Made by a program: the position numbers and the translations under genes. From positions 1 to 30,113 of IMG/VR virus record IMGVR_UViG_3300048850_000048: 30,113 bases of DNA; one strand, written 5' to 3'. Of this stretch, positions 15,918-25,997 are shown one piece after another (within the stretch, counting starts at the first letter, position 1; each line of letters begins with the position of its first letter). The notes beneath the pieces were generated by a model. It was not told the DNA's origin. It saw nothing but the letters and a program-made list of their open reading frames with translations, and searched no databases. Source of the stretch: a virus. Lineage: Duplodnaviria > Caudoviricetes.

Positions 15918-17797
15918 AAGCTGTGATCGGTGCGCTCCGAGCGGTACTCGGATTGGACTCGGCTGCCTTCGACAAGGGTATTGCCGATGCGCAATCTCGC
16001 CTTAAAAAATTCGCTCCGGCACTGAAGAAAGGGCTGATGGCCGCGAGCGCCGCAGCCGCAACGGCCGGCGCGGCGATCGGGGTCGCGCTTAAAGGCGCGA
16101 TCGACGAGGCCGACGACATGAGCAAGCTCGCGGCCAAGATCGGCGTGCCGATCGAGGAGTTGTCGCGCCTGAAATATGCCGCCGACCTTTCCGGCGTCTC
16201 GATCGAGGGCGTTGCGAACGGCTTCAAGAAGTTGTCGACCAACATGGCGGACGCGGCCGGCGGCAACAAGACGGCGGCGGAAGTGTTCACTCAGCTTGGT
16301 GTCGCTGCCACGAATGCCGATGGCTCCCTGCGTTCCTCCTCTGCCGTTCTGCTCGATGTTGCCGACAAATTCGCGGCGATGGAGGACGGGGCGCAGAAGA
16401 CAGCGCTTGCGGTGCAGCTCTTCGGCCGCTCCGGACTGGATCTCATTCCCCTTCTGAATGGCGGGGCGGCCGGCCTCAAGCAGATGACCGACGAGGCGGA
16501 GGCCCTCGGGCTCACGATCACGGCCGAAACTGGTAAGGCCGCGGAGGAGTTCAACGATAATATCAGCCGCTTGCAGGCGACGCTCTCCGGGCTCGTGACG
16601 CAGATCGCCAGTGCCTTGGCTCCGACACTTGCCAGGATCAGCGATTTCGTGGTCGGCGTGTCGGAAGCGTTCCGCGGTCTCTCTCCGCAGACACAGGCAT
16701 TCATCAGCGTTCTGGCCGGACTGACGGTCGCCTTCAGCGCGCTCGCCGTTCCGCTTGGGCTGGTCGTAGCCGGCATAGCGGCGATCGGCGCTCCGATTGC
16801 TGCGAGCATCGCCGGCATAGTTGCTTTGACCGCGGCCATAGTCGCGTTCTGGCCCGAAATTCAGGCGGCGTGGGAGTGGGTGAAAAAGCTCGCCGACGTG
16901 TTCGTCGTGCTTCACACGCAAGCGATAAATGCCGTGATCCAGAAGTTTCGGGAGCTGGGATCGGCGATAAAGTCATCGCTGGCTGGGTTGGGGCGGGAGA
17001 TTATCGACGTGTTCAAGGCGCTCCCCGGCCAGATGCTGGAGATTGGCGGGCAGATCGTCGACGGCCTCTGGCAGGGCATCCAGGCGAAGTGGGAAGGCCT
17101 GAAGGCTAAGGTGATTGGACTTGGCGAGGGCATGGTCGGCTGGTTCAAGTCCCCGTTCGATATCCATTCGCCGTCCCGCGTCATGCATGAGATCGGCGTG
17201 AACATCATGGAAGGCCTCGGGCTGGGGCTCGAGTCATCTTCCGGGCCGGTGCTTGCAACCGCCCAGAACGTTGCCGGTGGGATCCGCGGTGCATTCCATG
17301 GGATGGAAGACGTCGGGTCCGGCCTCGGGCAGGGGATGACCAGCGCGCTCGACGGCATAGGTTCGTCGCTCGCGGCCGCCATTAAAGGCACCAAAACGTG
17401 GCGCGACGTGGCGCTCGACGCGCTCCGCAGCATCGCATCCAATCTGCTGTCGACGATGAACTTCGGCGGCGGTTTCGGTGGTGGACTGCTTAAGGGGCTG
17501 CTCGGCGGTCTCGTCGGTTTCCAGAACGGCGGATCGTTTCAGGTCGGCGGGGCAGGTGGCATCGACAGCCAGATCGTCGCCTTCCGCGCGAGCCCCAATG
17601 AGCGGGTGAGTATCACCAAGCCCGGCCAGCGTGCCGGCGGCGGAACGTATGCGCCTGTCTACAATATCGACGCACGCGGAGCGGACCAGGCGGCGATCGC
17701 GCGGCTGGAGCGCGGGCTTGCCGAGCGCGACCGGACGGAAGCGAAGCGGGTGGCTGGGTATGAGCATGCCCGCTCGACACGAAACACGAGGCCCTGA
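15914..17797 (+). CDS. Tape measure protein
   Basis: 627 aa from ATG 15914. Ala/Gly-rich helical sequence with IGALR..LGLDSA.F, LFGRSG..LIP.LN.G, F.IHSPSRVM and C-terminal GF.NGG. Confidence 0.92.
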   Translation: MKAVIGALRAVLGLDSAAFDKGIADAQSRLKKFAPALKKGLMAASAAAATAGAAIGVALKGAIDEADDMSKLAAKIGVPIEELSRLKYAADLSGVSIEGVANGFKKLSTNMADAAGGNKTAAEVFTQLGVAATNADGSLRSSSAVLLDVADKFAAMEDGAQKTALAVQLFGRSGLDLIPLLNGGAAGLKQMTDEAEALGLTITAETGKAAEEFNDNISRLQATLSGLVTQIASALAPTLARISDFVVGVSEAFRGLSPQTQAFISVLAGLTVAFSALAVPLGLVVAGIAAIGAPIAASIAGIVALTAAIVAFWPEIQAAWEWVKKLADVFVVLHTQAINAVIQKFRELGSAIKSSLAGLGREIIDVFKALPGQMLEIGGQIVDGLWQGIQAKWEGLKAKVIGLGEGMVGWFKSPFDIHSPSRVMHEIGVNIMEGLGLGLESSSGPVLATAQNVAGGIRGAFHGMEDVGSGLGQGMTSALDGIGSSLAAAIKGTKTWRDVALDALRSIASNLLSTMNFGGGFGGGLLKGLLGGLVGFQNGGSFQVGGAGGIDSQIVAFRASPNERVSITKPGQRAGGGTYAPVYNIDARGADQAAIARLERGLAERDRTEAKRVAGYEHARSTRNTRP

Positions 17798-18519
17798 TGG
17801 GACGGTTGATCTCGATGCCGAACGGCCTCTGGCCGCGTTCGATGGAGCCGCTTTCCGGGCCTCGCGTCGTCGGCGGCGCTGCGAACACCTCGATCGGCAA
17901 CTTCATGCAGACGGTCGCATCGCCCTTCGGCGGCTGGCGCTGGCAGTTCGTGTTCCCGGTCTCCAAGGATGCGAAGTTCCGCCGCTACCGTGGCTGGGTG
18001 ACGGCGCTTCATGGCGGGGCCAATGCGACCCGCGTACCGTTCGGCGATCCGGACATGATGACGCTGCTCGAGGCGGGTATGACCGTCACGCCGGCGCAGG
18101 AGCGGTTCGGGCTGCCCTGGAGCAATGGCGAGACCTGGAGCAACGGGCAGAACTGGAAGGTGACGGCGCCGAATGTGCCGGTCGCCGCAGCTGCTGAGCG
18201 CGATGCGACGATCATCCGGCTTGCGGATGCCTTTTGGGGCCATCGACTGCAGATGGGCGATTATCTCGGTTTCTTCCCGTTTCATTTCGGGCTCTACACG
18301 ATCACCGAAGAGCTGGGCGATGGGGAATATCGCATCTGGCCCCCGCTCCGGAAGGCTCTGACGGCCGGTGATTTCGCGACGCTTTATCCGACCATGGCGA
18401 TGCGGCTGGAAAGCGAGGATGCGGCGACTGCTGCGCGCGGCGTCGCCTACGCCGAAGAGGCGAGCGTCACGCTGGTCGAAGTCTTCGATTACGACCTCAG
18501 GGACTATTTCGCGGACTGA
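17797..18519 (+). CDS. Distal tail (Dit-like) protein
   Basis: Position after the TMP, TGATG coupling, 'L.GG.N...VP' and 'IWPPLR' motifs. Confidence 0.6.
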   Translation: MGRLISMPNGLWPRSMEPLSGPRVVGGAANTSIGNFMQTVASPFGGWRWQFVFPVSKDAKFRRYRGWVTALHGGANATRVPFGDPDMMTLLEAGMTVTPAQERFGLPWSNGETWSNGQNWKVTAPNVPVAAAAERDATIIRLADAFWGHRLQMGDYLGFFPFHFGLYTITEELGDGEYRIWPPLRKALTAGDFATLYPTMAMRLESEDAATAARGVAYAEEASVTLVEVFDYDLRDYFAD

Positions 18520-18521
18520 TC

Positions 18522-19106
18522 ATGGCGAATTTGTTTTCAGCCGAGGACATGGCGTTCCTGCGCCGGCCCCACATCGCGCGGGCATGGTTTGCGGACCTCG
18601 ATCTGCCGTCTGGCCGCTGGCGGCTTCATAATGGTGTCGGCCGCAAGACAGTCGGCGGGATCGAATGGCGCGGGGTTTCCGATCCCGCTGGCGGACAGCT
18701 TGTGTCCGTCGGTTCTGTTGAAGATCCGCGCTTCGGCCAGGCCGCTAAGATTGATGTCGTAATTGCCGGCGTCAATCTGGACTTCCTGCGATCGGTGAAA
18801 GATCAGGGCCGCCTGATCGAGGGGCGGCTTGCGGACGTCTATTGGTGCGCTTTCGACCAGGAGACGCAAGAGGTTTGGGCTTCGGGGCTGAAGAAGCTTT
18901 TCCCGGGATATCTCTCGTCGCCGAAAATCCGCTGGAGCGGCGTCGGCGTGCGAACCGTGGCGTTCACGATCGAGAGCCTCTGGCATTCGCAGAACTTTCC
19001 TTTCGGCGGCAAGTGGACGCCGGCGGATCAGCAGGCGCGCTATCCCGGAGATAAGGGGCTCGAATTCGTCGGCGTGAAGGTGCAGGAGATCATCCGTGCG
19101 GACTGA
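18522..19106 (+). CDS. Tail tip/hub protein
   Basis: C-terminal 'T.ADQQARYPGDKGLEFV' motif typical of siphovirus tail-tip genes, and position. Confidence 0.65.
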   Translation: MANLFSAEDMAFLRRPHIARAWFADLDLPSGRWRLHNGVGRKTVGGIEWRGVSDPAGGQLVSVGSVEDPRFGQAAKIDVVIAGVNLDFLRSVKDQGRLIEGRLADVYWCAFDQETQEVWASGLKKLFPGYLSSPKIRWSGVGVRTVAFTIESLWHSQNFPFGGKWTPADQQARYPGDKGLEFVGVKVQEIIRAD

Positions 19107-19497
19107 CCTTGTCGAGCCGCTCCGCGCCTTCATCGTCGAGGCACAGGAAAGCGAGAGCGTCTGGGGCGTCTCCGACTGCTCGAAATGGCCGGCGGCATGG
19201 GTCGAGCAGCTGCACGGCCGCAAGATCGCCCTGCCGCGCTGGACCAGCCGCGAGGAGGCGCGTCGGCTGATCGCCAGGGCCGGATCCCTGGAGCGACTAT
19301 GGTCCGTTGCGCTGGCCGAGTTCGGCCTGTTCGAGACCGGCAGGCAGCAGCTCGGTGATGTTGGCGTAATCGAGACCGCCCGTTATGGGCAGGTCGGCGG
19401 CATCTTTCTTCATGGAGAATATTTTGCGTGGCGCGCCGAGGCCGGCGTCGCCTTCCTCGTTCCCCGGACCATCGTCAAAGCTTGGTCGATCAGGTAG
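19096..19497 (+). CDS. NlpC/P60-like tail assembly protein
   Basis: WG.SDC..W.A.WV and GDVGV motifs, located before the large tail-tip gene. Confidence 0.65.
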   Translation: MRTDLVEPLRAFIVEAQESESVWGVSDCSKWPAAWVEQLHGRKIALPRWTSREEARRLIARAGSLERLWSVALAEFGLFETGRQQLGDVGVIETARYGQVGGIFLHGEYFAWRAEAGVAFLVPRTIVKAWSIR

Positions 19498-19500
19498 CCG

Positions 19501-21681
19501 ATGAAATCCCTCAGATTAATGTTTGCCAGCGGCGCGTCGTTCGTCGCAATGACGGTCGACGCCCATGCGGACCCGGTGTCGCTGATCGCCACGGCCATCC
19601 ATGGCTTTCTGCTGTCGAGCACGGCCGTCGCCGCCACGGCCGCTGGCACTCTCGCGACCATCGCCGCAAACGTCATCGTCGGCGGCGCGCTGGTCGGGCT
19701 ATCGCTCGTCGGTCGACAGCGCCAGACCGGCACGGTGAAAGCCGCAGACGCCAAGGGCACCTTCGAGAGCGGCGAAAGCTCGGTGATCGAGGGGCTCGGC
19801 CGCGTGCGTGTCGGCGGCCTCAAAGCCTTCGGCAATACCGATGGCTCGACGCGCTGGCGGCTCGTCTGCCGGCTGCAGGGGCCCATCGATGCCGTGGAGG
19901 CCTATTTCGTCGGTGGTCGCGAGGTGACGGTCGATCCGGACGGTGATGTTTCTTCGCCACCCTGGTCCCGTTCGGGCAGTTCCTGGATGAAGTGGAGGGA
20001 CAAGAAGGGAACCGGTTCGGAGACCGCATGGCCGGAGTTGATCAGCGCTTTCCCGGCGCTATGGACGAGCGCGCACCGTGTTCGTGGGATCGCGCAGTCA
20101 CTGGTGACCTTCTTCAATCCGGGACTCACCTCGTCAAAGTATCTGTCGCTCTACCAGGGCGGCGTGCCTGACACCGAAGAGCTGATCCGTGCCTCGCTTG
20201 TCTATGATCCCCGAGACGGATCCGCCAATCCTGACAATGACGCGACCTGGAGCTGGAGCGAGAACGGAATCCTCTGTGCCGTACATGTGCTGCGCCGTGA
20301 CCCGGCCTTCACGTCCGACCGATTTGATTGGCCGCTGATCACCACGCAAGCGGTAAAGGCCGATATTTACGTTGCGACGAAAACCGGAACCGAGAAGCGG
20401 GCGCGCTGCGGCGCCATGTGGGCATGGGAAGGCGCCCGCAAGGACACGATGGAGGATATTCTCGCCTCCATCGGGGCTGAAATCCGGCTGACCGCCGACG
20501 GCAAGATTTGGTTCGAGCTGATCGACGACGACCCCTTGCCGGAAATCACCTTCGAGCCGCGCGACACTCTGGAGCTTGACTGGATATCAGGCCCGGAGGC
20601 GGTGGAGCGGCCGAACATCTGCCGCATCAAATACTATTCGCCTGAGCGCAATTACGAGCTGGCCGACATCGACATGACCGGGATCGGCTGGGCGCGCATC
20701 GATGCCGAGGTGACGCTCTACGGCCCGAAATATCACGATGTCGAATTGCCCTTCTGCCCATCCGCCAGCCAGGCGCAGCGGATTGCGCGCCGGCGCTTCC
20801 TGCAGGCGCGGGGTGATACCGGCGTTGCGGTGACGAACATGGTGGGGCTCGCCGGATGGGGTGTGCTCTACGGGAATATTGAGCTGCCGGATCTCGGTGA
20901 TGTGGAGAAGGTGAAGCTTTCGCCGCCCCGCGTAGACGACAGCCGCGGCACGGTGGAAATACCCTTCTCTGTTTGGCCGTCTCTGCCGGCATGGAACCCT
21001 GCGACCGACGAGGCGGACGCGCCGGACCCTCTGCCGGACATGCAGTATGAAAGCGACCTTCCGACGCCGGACGCCCCAACCGCAGCGAGGCACATCACGT
21101 ATCCGGTAAGCGGCGGGAAGGAACTAAGAATTGCCTATGCGCTTCCGGCGGGCAGCTTCAGCACGATCGAGGCGACCTATCGCGCCTATAGCGGCGGCTT
21201 GCCGGGGTTATGGCTGCCGACAAATGAGCAGCAGACCTTCGCGTGGGCTCCCGTTGATAGAAACGGCGTGGATATCGATGCGCGGGTCAGAGTCTTCGAG
21301 GGTGACGACGGAAGCTATTATTCGGATCTGCTGCACACGACGGTTTCCGTCAACGATACCCCGTGCGGCCAACCGCATCTTGTTTCTGGCGGGGTGAGTG
21401 AGACCGACAGCACCGGGTCGCTCAATGTCACGGTGTATGCCGACGAGTTGCGGTGCGCGTCCATCCGGCTCGACCGCCGCGTCGACCAAGGATCGGGCTT
21501 CGGGCCCTGGCTGAAACGCGGCGAGCAGGATGTTCGACCTAACCAGAACCGCGCTTTCGATGACAGTTACACTAATGGGGCTGCGTTCGAAAATCACACG
21601 GTCGAGTGGCGGCTGATCACGACCACGAGCGGCGGTGTCGACGGCACGCCGCGCACCTTCTCTGTCACCGTCAATCCCTAG
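19501..21681 (+). CDS. Tail tip / central host-specificity protein
   Basis: 726 aa with GRVRVGG, W...HR.RGIA, VYDPRD...W.WS.N..L and S..QAQRIA motifs. Beta-rich C-terminus. Confidence 0.8.
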   Translation: MKSLRLMFASGASFVAMTVDAHADPVSLIATAIHGFLLSSTAVAATAAGTLATIAANVIVGGALVGLSLVGRQRQTGTVKAADAKGTFESGESSVIEGLGRVRVGGLKAFGNTDGSTRWRLVCRLQGPIDAVEAYFVGGREVTVDPDGDVSSPPWSRSGSSWMKWRDKKGTGSETAWPELISAFPALWTSAHRVRGIAQSLVTFFNPGLTSSKYLSLYQGGVPDTEELIRASLVYDPRDGSANPDNDATWSWSENGILCAVHVLRRDPAFTSDRFDWPLITTQAVKADIYVATKTGTEKRARCGAMWAWEGARKDTMEDILASIGAEIRLTADGKIWFELIDDDPLPEITFEPRDTLELDWISGPEAVERPNICRIKYYSPERNYELADIDMTGIGWARIDAEVTLYGPKYHDVELPFCPSASQAQRIARRRFLQARGDTGVAVTNMVGLAGWGVLYGNIELPDLGDVEKVKLSPPRVDDSRGTVEIPFSVWPSLPAWNPATDEADAPDPLPDMQYESDLPTPDAPTAARHITYPVSGGKELRIAYALPAGSFSTIEATYRAYSGGLPGLWLPTNEQQTFAWAPVDRNGVDIDARVRVFEGDDGSYYSDLLHTTVSVNDTPCGQPHLVSGGVSETDSTGSLNVTVYADELRCASIRLDRRVDQGSGFGPWLKRGEQDVRPNQNRAFDDSYTNGAAFENHTVEWRLITTTSGGVDGTPRTFSVTVNP

Positions 21682-21714
21682 CACAGCTATTCCCTTTTCT
21701 TCGGAGATGCATGG

Positions 21715-24279
21715 ATGTCCGTTTTCACGAAACCGGCAAACGAAACTTTCGCGCCCTATGACAGCGCCGGAATGGCGCGCGAGATTGTGCCGCAGGAGGC
21801 GCAGGTCTGGGGTACGGAGGTTGAGCGGCTGATCCTTGGATTCCAGGCGGGCGGCGGCATCATCTTCGAAACCAAGGCCCAGATGGATGCGAGTCTTGCC
21901 TATGCCGCGAACCAGCAGGCTTGGGTTATGGGCGACCCTGTCGTCGGCAACAACGGCATCTATCGCAAGTTTGGCGCTTCCGGGACGGGCTCATGGCAGA
22001 GATTGGGTGACCTTCCTTATTCGTTCATTAAGGCGACGGACATCGGCGCCGGCACTCCCAACGCCATTCAAGCCGCCACTAGCATTCCGGTTTCCGAATC
22101 CGCTCTCATCTGGACCAATGTTTTCGAGAGCAACACGGCATCTCCGGTTACCATTTCCTTCAACGGTGGATCGGCCCTGACGATCAAGGCATTCGATGGG
22201 GCGGACATCCTGGCCGACGGCCTGACGGCCGGCATGGTCGTCGGCGGTTTTATCTCCGGCGCGACATTCCGGCTGATTTCCGACCAGTCGAGGGCCGCAC
22301 TGATCGCGGCCATCAACGCGGCAGTGACAGCGGCGCAGAATGCAGAGCAAGCGGCTGAAGCGGCGCAGGCTGCTGCCGAGGATGCGGCCGAGACGGCGGC
22401 TGGCCTGGTCGTCGATCTCGTAAGCCAGGGCAACGTGCCGATCTTCGATAGCCGGGATACGGTGGCACTTTATGACATGGCGAATTTCAACACGGTGATC
22501 ATCAACAAGTTCAACAGCACGTCGAACGTTGCGCCTGCACATTACGTGAAGGTGGCCCAGCCTGCGAACGTTGAGCCGACGTCTCCCCTGAAATTCCAGA
22601 GTGCTGACGGCTATTGGTTCCGCATGTCGGCATCGCGTCTGGACCTCTCTGCCTGCGGCGACACGCTCGACGCTGCAATTGACAATGCCGTTGCACACGC
22701 CTCCGTGCCGACCATCATGGAGTTGACGGCTGACATGACCATGGCGAGCGAAGCCACGGTTCCAAAAGAGTGGGTCTTCCGCATTACGGCCGGCCGGGTC
22801 ATCCTCAATGGCCACAAGCTGAACCTGCAAGGCAATGTAAAGGCGCCTTGGCGCAAGGTCTTTAATGACGACGGCGGCGGTTCCGTTGTCGGCATCAAGC
22901 GCCCATTTCTCTATTGGTGGGGTGGGAAAGCGGACTGGAACGGCTTCACTGGAACAGATTGTTCACCGGCTCTGCAAAAGGCGATCGTTTGTGTCCAATC
23001 TCCCGAAACCGGCAGTAGCGACGGACATGGTCATCCTGCCGTGAAAGCTGGAGGCGGATCGCACAAGCTAGCATCGCCGGTGATCTTCAATCCTGCGTTG
23101 GGATCGCCGACAGGCTTGGAAGGTAATGGCGTCATGCTCGGAACTGCGAGCGGTACGCGTTTCGCGTCGATGATCTCTGCGGGGATTTGCATTTACGTTG
23201 CTGCTAGTTACCTACCATCCGAGGATGGCAGGTTATGTAGTTATAGGTTTCGACATTTTGTTGTCGACGAAGCCTATGGAACCGGCAATGCGACGTACGG
23301 CATGCATTTCGGTGATGCGGGCATTGACGCCGGCGACCCGAACAACGGTTCGCGCATGCTCGATAGCGCGGCGACCCTGAACGTGATCGAGGGTGTGCAC
23401 GTCCGAGAATTCTTGGTGAACGTTCAAATGACCAACGTCCGTAACGTGCTCATCACCAACTGTCAGTTCGAAAGCAAGGCGAAGATCGGCAAGAGCTTGG
23501 CGATCAGCGTTACCAAGTCTGGAAAGTTCAGCGGTGAAATCGTCGTCGATCGAAATGTTGTGCTGATCCAGCCCGCCAACCAGGGCACGGCGCTCGAAAT
23601 CAGTATCCCGTCGACCATCACGGCCGATGCAGAAATTCGCGGCATCAAGATACTGACCGGCGGCATCTATGGGGGCCAGTACAAGGTCAACATCGATATT
23701 CGATCAAATGCGACCTATAAGGCGTATGCCGGCCACTTCTGGTACGATAATGGCTACCAGCTAGACGCCGGGTTTGTAATCTTTTCCGATTACGGCCTTT
23801 ACATGCAGTCGCATGGACCGAATTCTCGTATCGAAGAAATCGATACGAGCAGCCCATACTTCTCGGGGATCACGGTTTGCGGTATTTGGGGTCAGCAAGT
23901 CAACGACGGCACGGGATTTGGGACCATCCAAGCAGTTAGTATTCGGTCGCCTAAGTTTAATTATTGCGTCAATGAGTTGGTGCACTTCGAAGGCGGAAGG
24001 GGCATCACGATCGACGGAGCGCAGATTTACGACTGCGGAAATAGCGCTTCGACTGCGACACGCTATTTCTACTTCAACAGCGTGACGGATTTCTCGGTGA
24101 CTCTCACAAAACGCATAAAGAACGATCCAGTGGCCTGGCCTGGCGGTACGATCACGAAGGGCGTCCAGATCGATGGCGCGTCCGATCGATACGTGGTTCG
24201 AGGGAACAGTTTCCTCACCACGACGCCTGTAAACGACAACGTCTCTGCGACCAACAGAGACGTTGCGGCAAACTGGTGA
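21715..24279 (+). CDS. Tail spike/fibre with predicted beta-helix (possible polysaccharide depolymerase)
   Basis: N-terminal anchor, Ala-rich coil AAQNAEQAAEAAQAAA, pectate-lyase-like start GGKAD...GTDCSPALQKAI, then Asn/Gly/Ile/Val-rich beta repeats. Confidence 0.75.
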   Translation: MSVFTKPANETFAPYDSAGMAREIVPQEAQVWGTEVERLILGFQAGGGIIFETKAQMDASLAYAANQQAWVMGDPVVGNNGIYRKFGASGTGSWQRLGDLPYSFIKATDIGAGTPNAIQAATSIPVSESALIWTNVFESNTASPVTISFNGGSALTIKAFDGADILADGLTAGMVVGGFISGATFRLISDQSRAALIAAINAAVTAAQNAEQAAEAAQAAAEDAAETAAGLVVDLVSQGNVPIFDSRDTVALYDMANFNTVIINKFNSTSNVAPAHYVKVAQPANVEPTSPLKFQSADGYWFRMSASRLDLSACGDTLDAAIDNAVAHASVPTIMELTADMTMASEATVPKEWVFRITAGRVILNGHKLNLQGNVKAPWRKVFNDDGGGSVVGIKRPFLYWWGGKADWNGFTGTDCSPALQKAIVCVQSPETGSSDGHGHPAVKAGGGSHKLASPVIFNPALGSPTGLEGNGVMLGTASGTRFASMISAGICIYVAASYLPSEDGRLCSYRFRHFVVDEAYGTGNATYGMHFGDAGIDAGDPNNGSRMLDSAATLNVIEGVHVREFLVNVQMTNVRNVLITNCQFESKAKIGKSLAISVTKSGKFSGEIVVDRNVVLIQPANQGTALEISIPSTITADAEIRGIKILTGGIYGGQYKVNIDIRSNATYKAYAGHFWYDNGYQLDAGFVIFSDYGLYMQSHGPNSRIEEIDTSSPYFSGITVCGIWGQQVNDGTGFGTIQAVSIRSPKFNYCVNELVHFEGGRGITIDGAQIYDCGNSASTATRYFYFNSVTDFSVTLTKRIKNDPVAWPGGTITKGVQIDGASDRYVVRGNSFLTTTPVNDNVSATNRDVAANW

Positions 24280-25197
24280 TCAAAGAAGCTTCGGGTTGAC
24301 CCAGTACTGGCCACCGTCGCGGGAGGTCCACCCTGTGACATCGGGCCGGTCGGCAAAATACTGAAACTTGGTTGGGCGCTCCCGCACGAGTGCCCAGCCG
24401 TTTGCGGCAAAAAGCTCGAGGAGTTGCCCTTCGATCAGACGTGAATGTGTACCTACAAAAAGGCGCCGGACTTTCGAATTAAGCAGCTCGATGGCAGAAG
24501 TCAGAACCGTCGCCTCGACGCCTTGAATGTCAACATGAACGAGGTCGAAGGTCTCTCCGTCAATCACATCGGCGAGCGTGATCGCGGTTACTTCCTCGTT
24601 TTCAACGACACGACCGACATAATCTACTCCGGTGTTCTCCTCGACGGCCTGGCCGCCGTTCTGGCCGAAGTCGGTCACTTTCGGGAAATAGAGAGTGCCT
24701 GGATGAGAGGCGACCGCTGCCTTGATGGTGCGAACCGTCGCCGGATCGACGCCATTGTCAGCCAAATGCTGCGGGATGAGGTCGTACAGCGTTTGGCTGG
24801 CCTCGACGGCGGTGATGTAAGGGGTCAGGCCTCGCCGTGTGGCGTTGACATGTGCCGCACAGCTCCAAGGCGCGTAGGAAGCGCCGATCTCAGCCATTCT
24901 GAAGGCATCGCGGCTGTTGTTGATCGCGTCGAAGAGAACAAAGTATTCGATCGCCTCGGCTCGCAAGGCGTCGTCGGGGATAGGTAAGTCTTTGATCACC
25001 CAACCGTCCATATGCGTTGCCCATGGATGGTATTCCGATCGGGCCTTGATACCCATGAAGTCGGTGATCATCCCAGGCGTGCCTTCGCACTCTTGGTAAA
25101 ACGAGGAAAACAGATCCTTATCGGAGGGCTCCCACCCTCCGAAGAAGTCATCCAGAAGGGCAGCGCGAGAGGAGATGGCGTCATCAGGTCGTGACAT
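24280..25197 (-). CDS. FkbM-family SAM methyltransferase
   Basis: AEIGASYAPW, AVEAS, DLVHVDIQGVE, LFVGTH. GGAACC SD-like sequence upstream. Confidence 0.8.
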   Translation of the reverse strand: MSRPDDAISSRAALLDDFFGGWEPSDKDLFSSFYQECEGTPGMITDFMGIKARSEYHPWATHMDGWVIKDLPIPDDALRAEAIEYFVLFDAINNSRDAFRMAEIGASYAPWSCAAHVNATRRGLTPYITAVEASQTLYDLIPQHLADNGVDPATVRTIKAAVASHPGTLYFPKVTDFGQNGGQAVEENTGVDYVGRVVENEEVTAITLADVIDGETFDLVHVDIQGVEATVLTSAIELLNSKVRRLFVGTHSRLIEGQLLELFAANGWALVRERPTKFQYFADRPDVTGWTSRDGGQYWVNPKLL

Positions 25198-25217
25198 AGA
25201 GGTTCCCGTTATGTTTA

Positions 25218-25997
25218 TCAGACTGATTGGTTGACAAGGTCGAAGACGTCTTCCGCCGTCTTCATCCGAGTGCGCAAGAATGTGAGCGCTTCGTGTGGCT
25301 CGGCCGGAAGCGGAGTGGTGTCGCCGTTGAGCGGGTTTACAACCGCGAGAAGTCCAAGAGTTCTTTTCATCTGAGAAAAATAGTCTCTCGGGTCCATGCC
25401 TATGTGGTTGACTACCGCGTGCTCGTTGAACTCCAAAAATACCGTGGGTCGATGGCGTAGCAGCGTGTTAAATCCACCCTTTAATACAGCCAGTTCGAAG
25501 CCCTCGACGTCTATTTTGATGAAGTCAATCTCGGGGATCTGGTGAAGAGCAACGAAGCCGTCAATGCTTGTCATATTCACACTAATTCCTTGCCCAGACA
25601 AAGAGACATGGTTTGTGTGTGATGTGCTCTTGTCGTCATTGAATTTGACGACACCGGCTTTTTCTCCGACAGCCAAAGGCTGGAGAGATATGTAATTCCA
25701 GTCACCGTTGCGATCGATGTTGGCCTTCAGGTGGCCATAAGTCGTTGGGGAGGGCTCAAAGCCTATTATTTTGCTGGTGGGGCAGAGTTCGGACATCAGG
25801 AGCGTGCTCAGCCCGATGTTTGCCCCGACATCCAGCATGACACCCATGGGCTTCCTCTTCGACAGCCTGAACAGATAGTTCGCTAGGGCGCCTAGGTCGT
25901 GATCTGGCAGGGTGTTGAAATATGCATCTTCGGCTTCGCCTTGGACGTCATAAACCCTCTCATAACCCCTGAATTGTTTGAGCGGATTATCCCCCAT
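25218..25997 (-). CDS. FkbM-family SAM methyltransferase
   Basis: LDVGANIG, FEPSP, IDFIKIDVEGFE..VL.G, P.VFLE. Confidence 0.9.
   Translation of the reverse strand: MGDNPLKQFRGYERVYDVQGEAEDAYFNTLPDHDLGALANYLFRLSKRKPMGVMLDVGANIGLSTLLMSELCPTSKIIGFEPSPTTYGHLKANIDRNGDWNYISLQPLAVGEKAGVVKFNDDKSTSHTNHVSLSGQGISVNMTSIDGFVALHQIPEIDFIKIDVEGFELAVLKGGFNTLLRHRPTVFLEFNEHAVVNHIGMDPRDYFSQMKRTLGLLAVVNPLNGDTTPLPAEPHEALTFLRTRMKTAEDVFDLVNQSV

Noticed and set aside
21715-24279. Diversity-generating retroelement or invertible tail-fibre system
   Set aside because: No reverse transcriptase, invertase or duplicated template/variable repeat was seen in the window.
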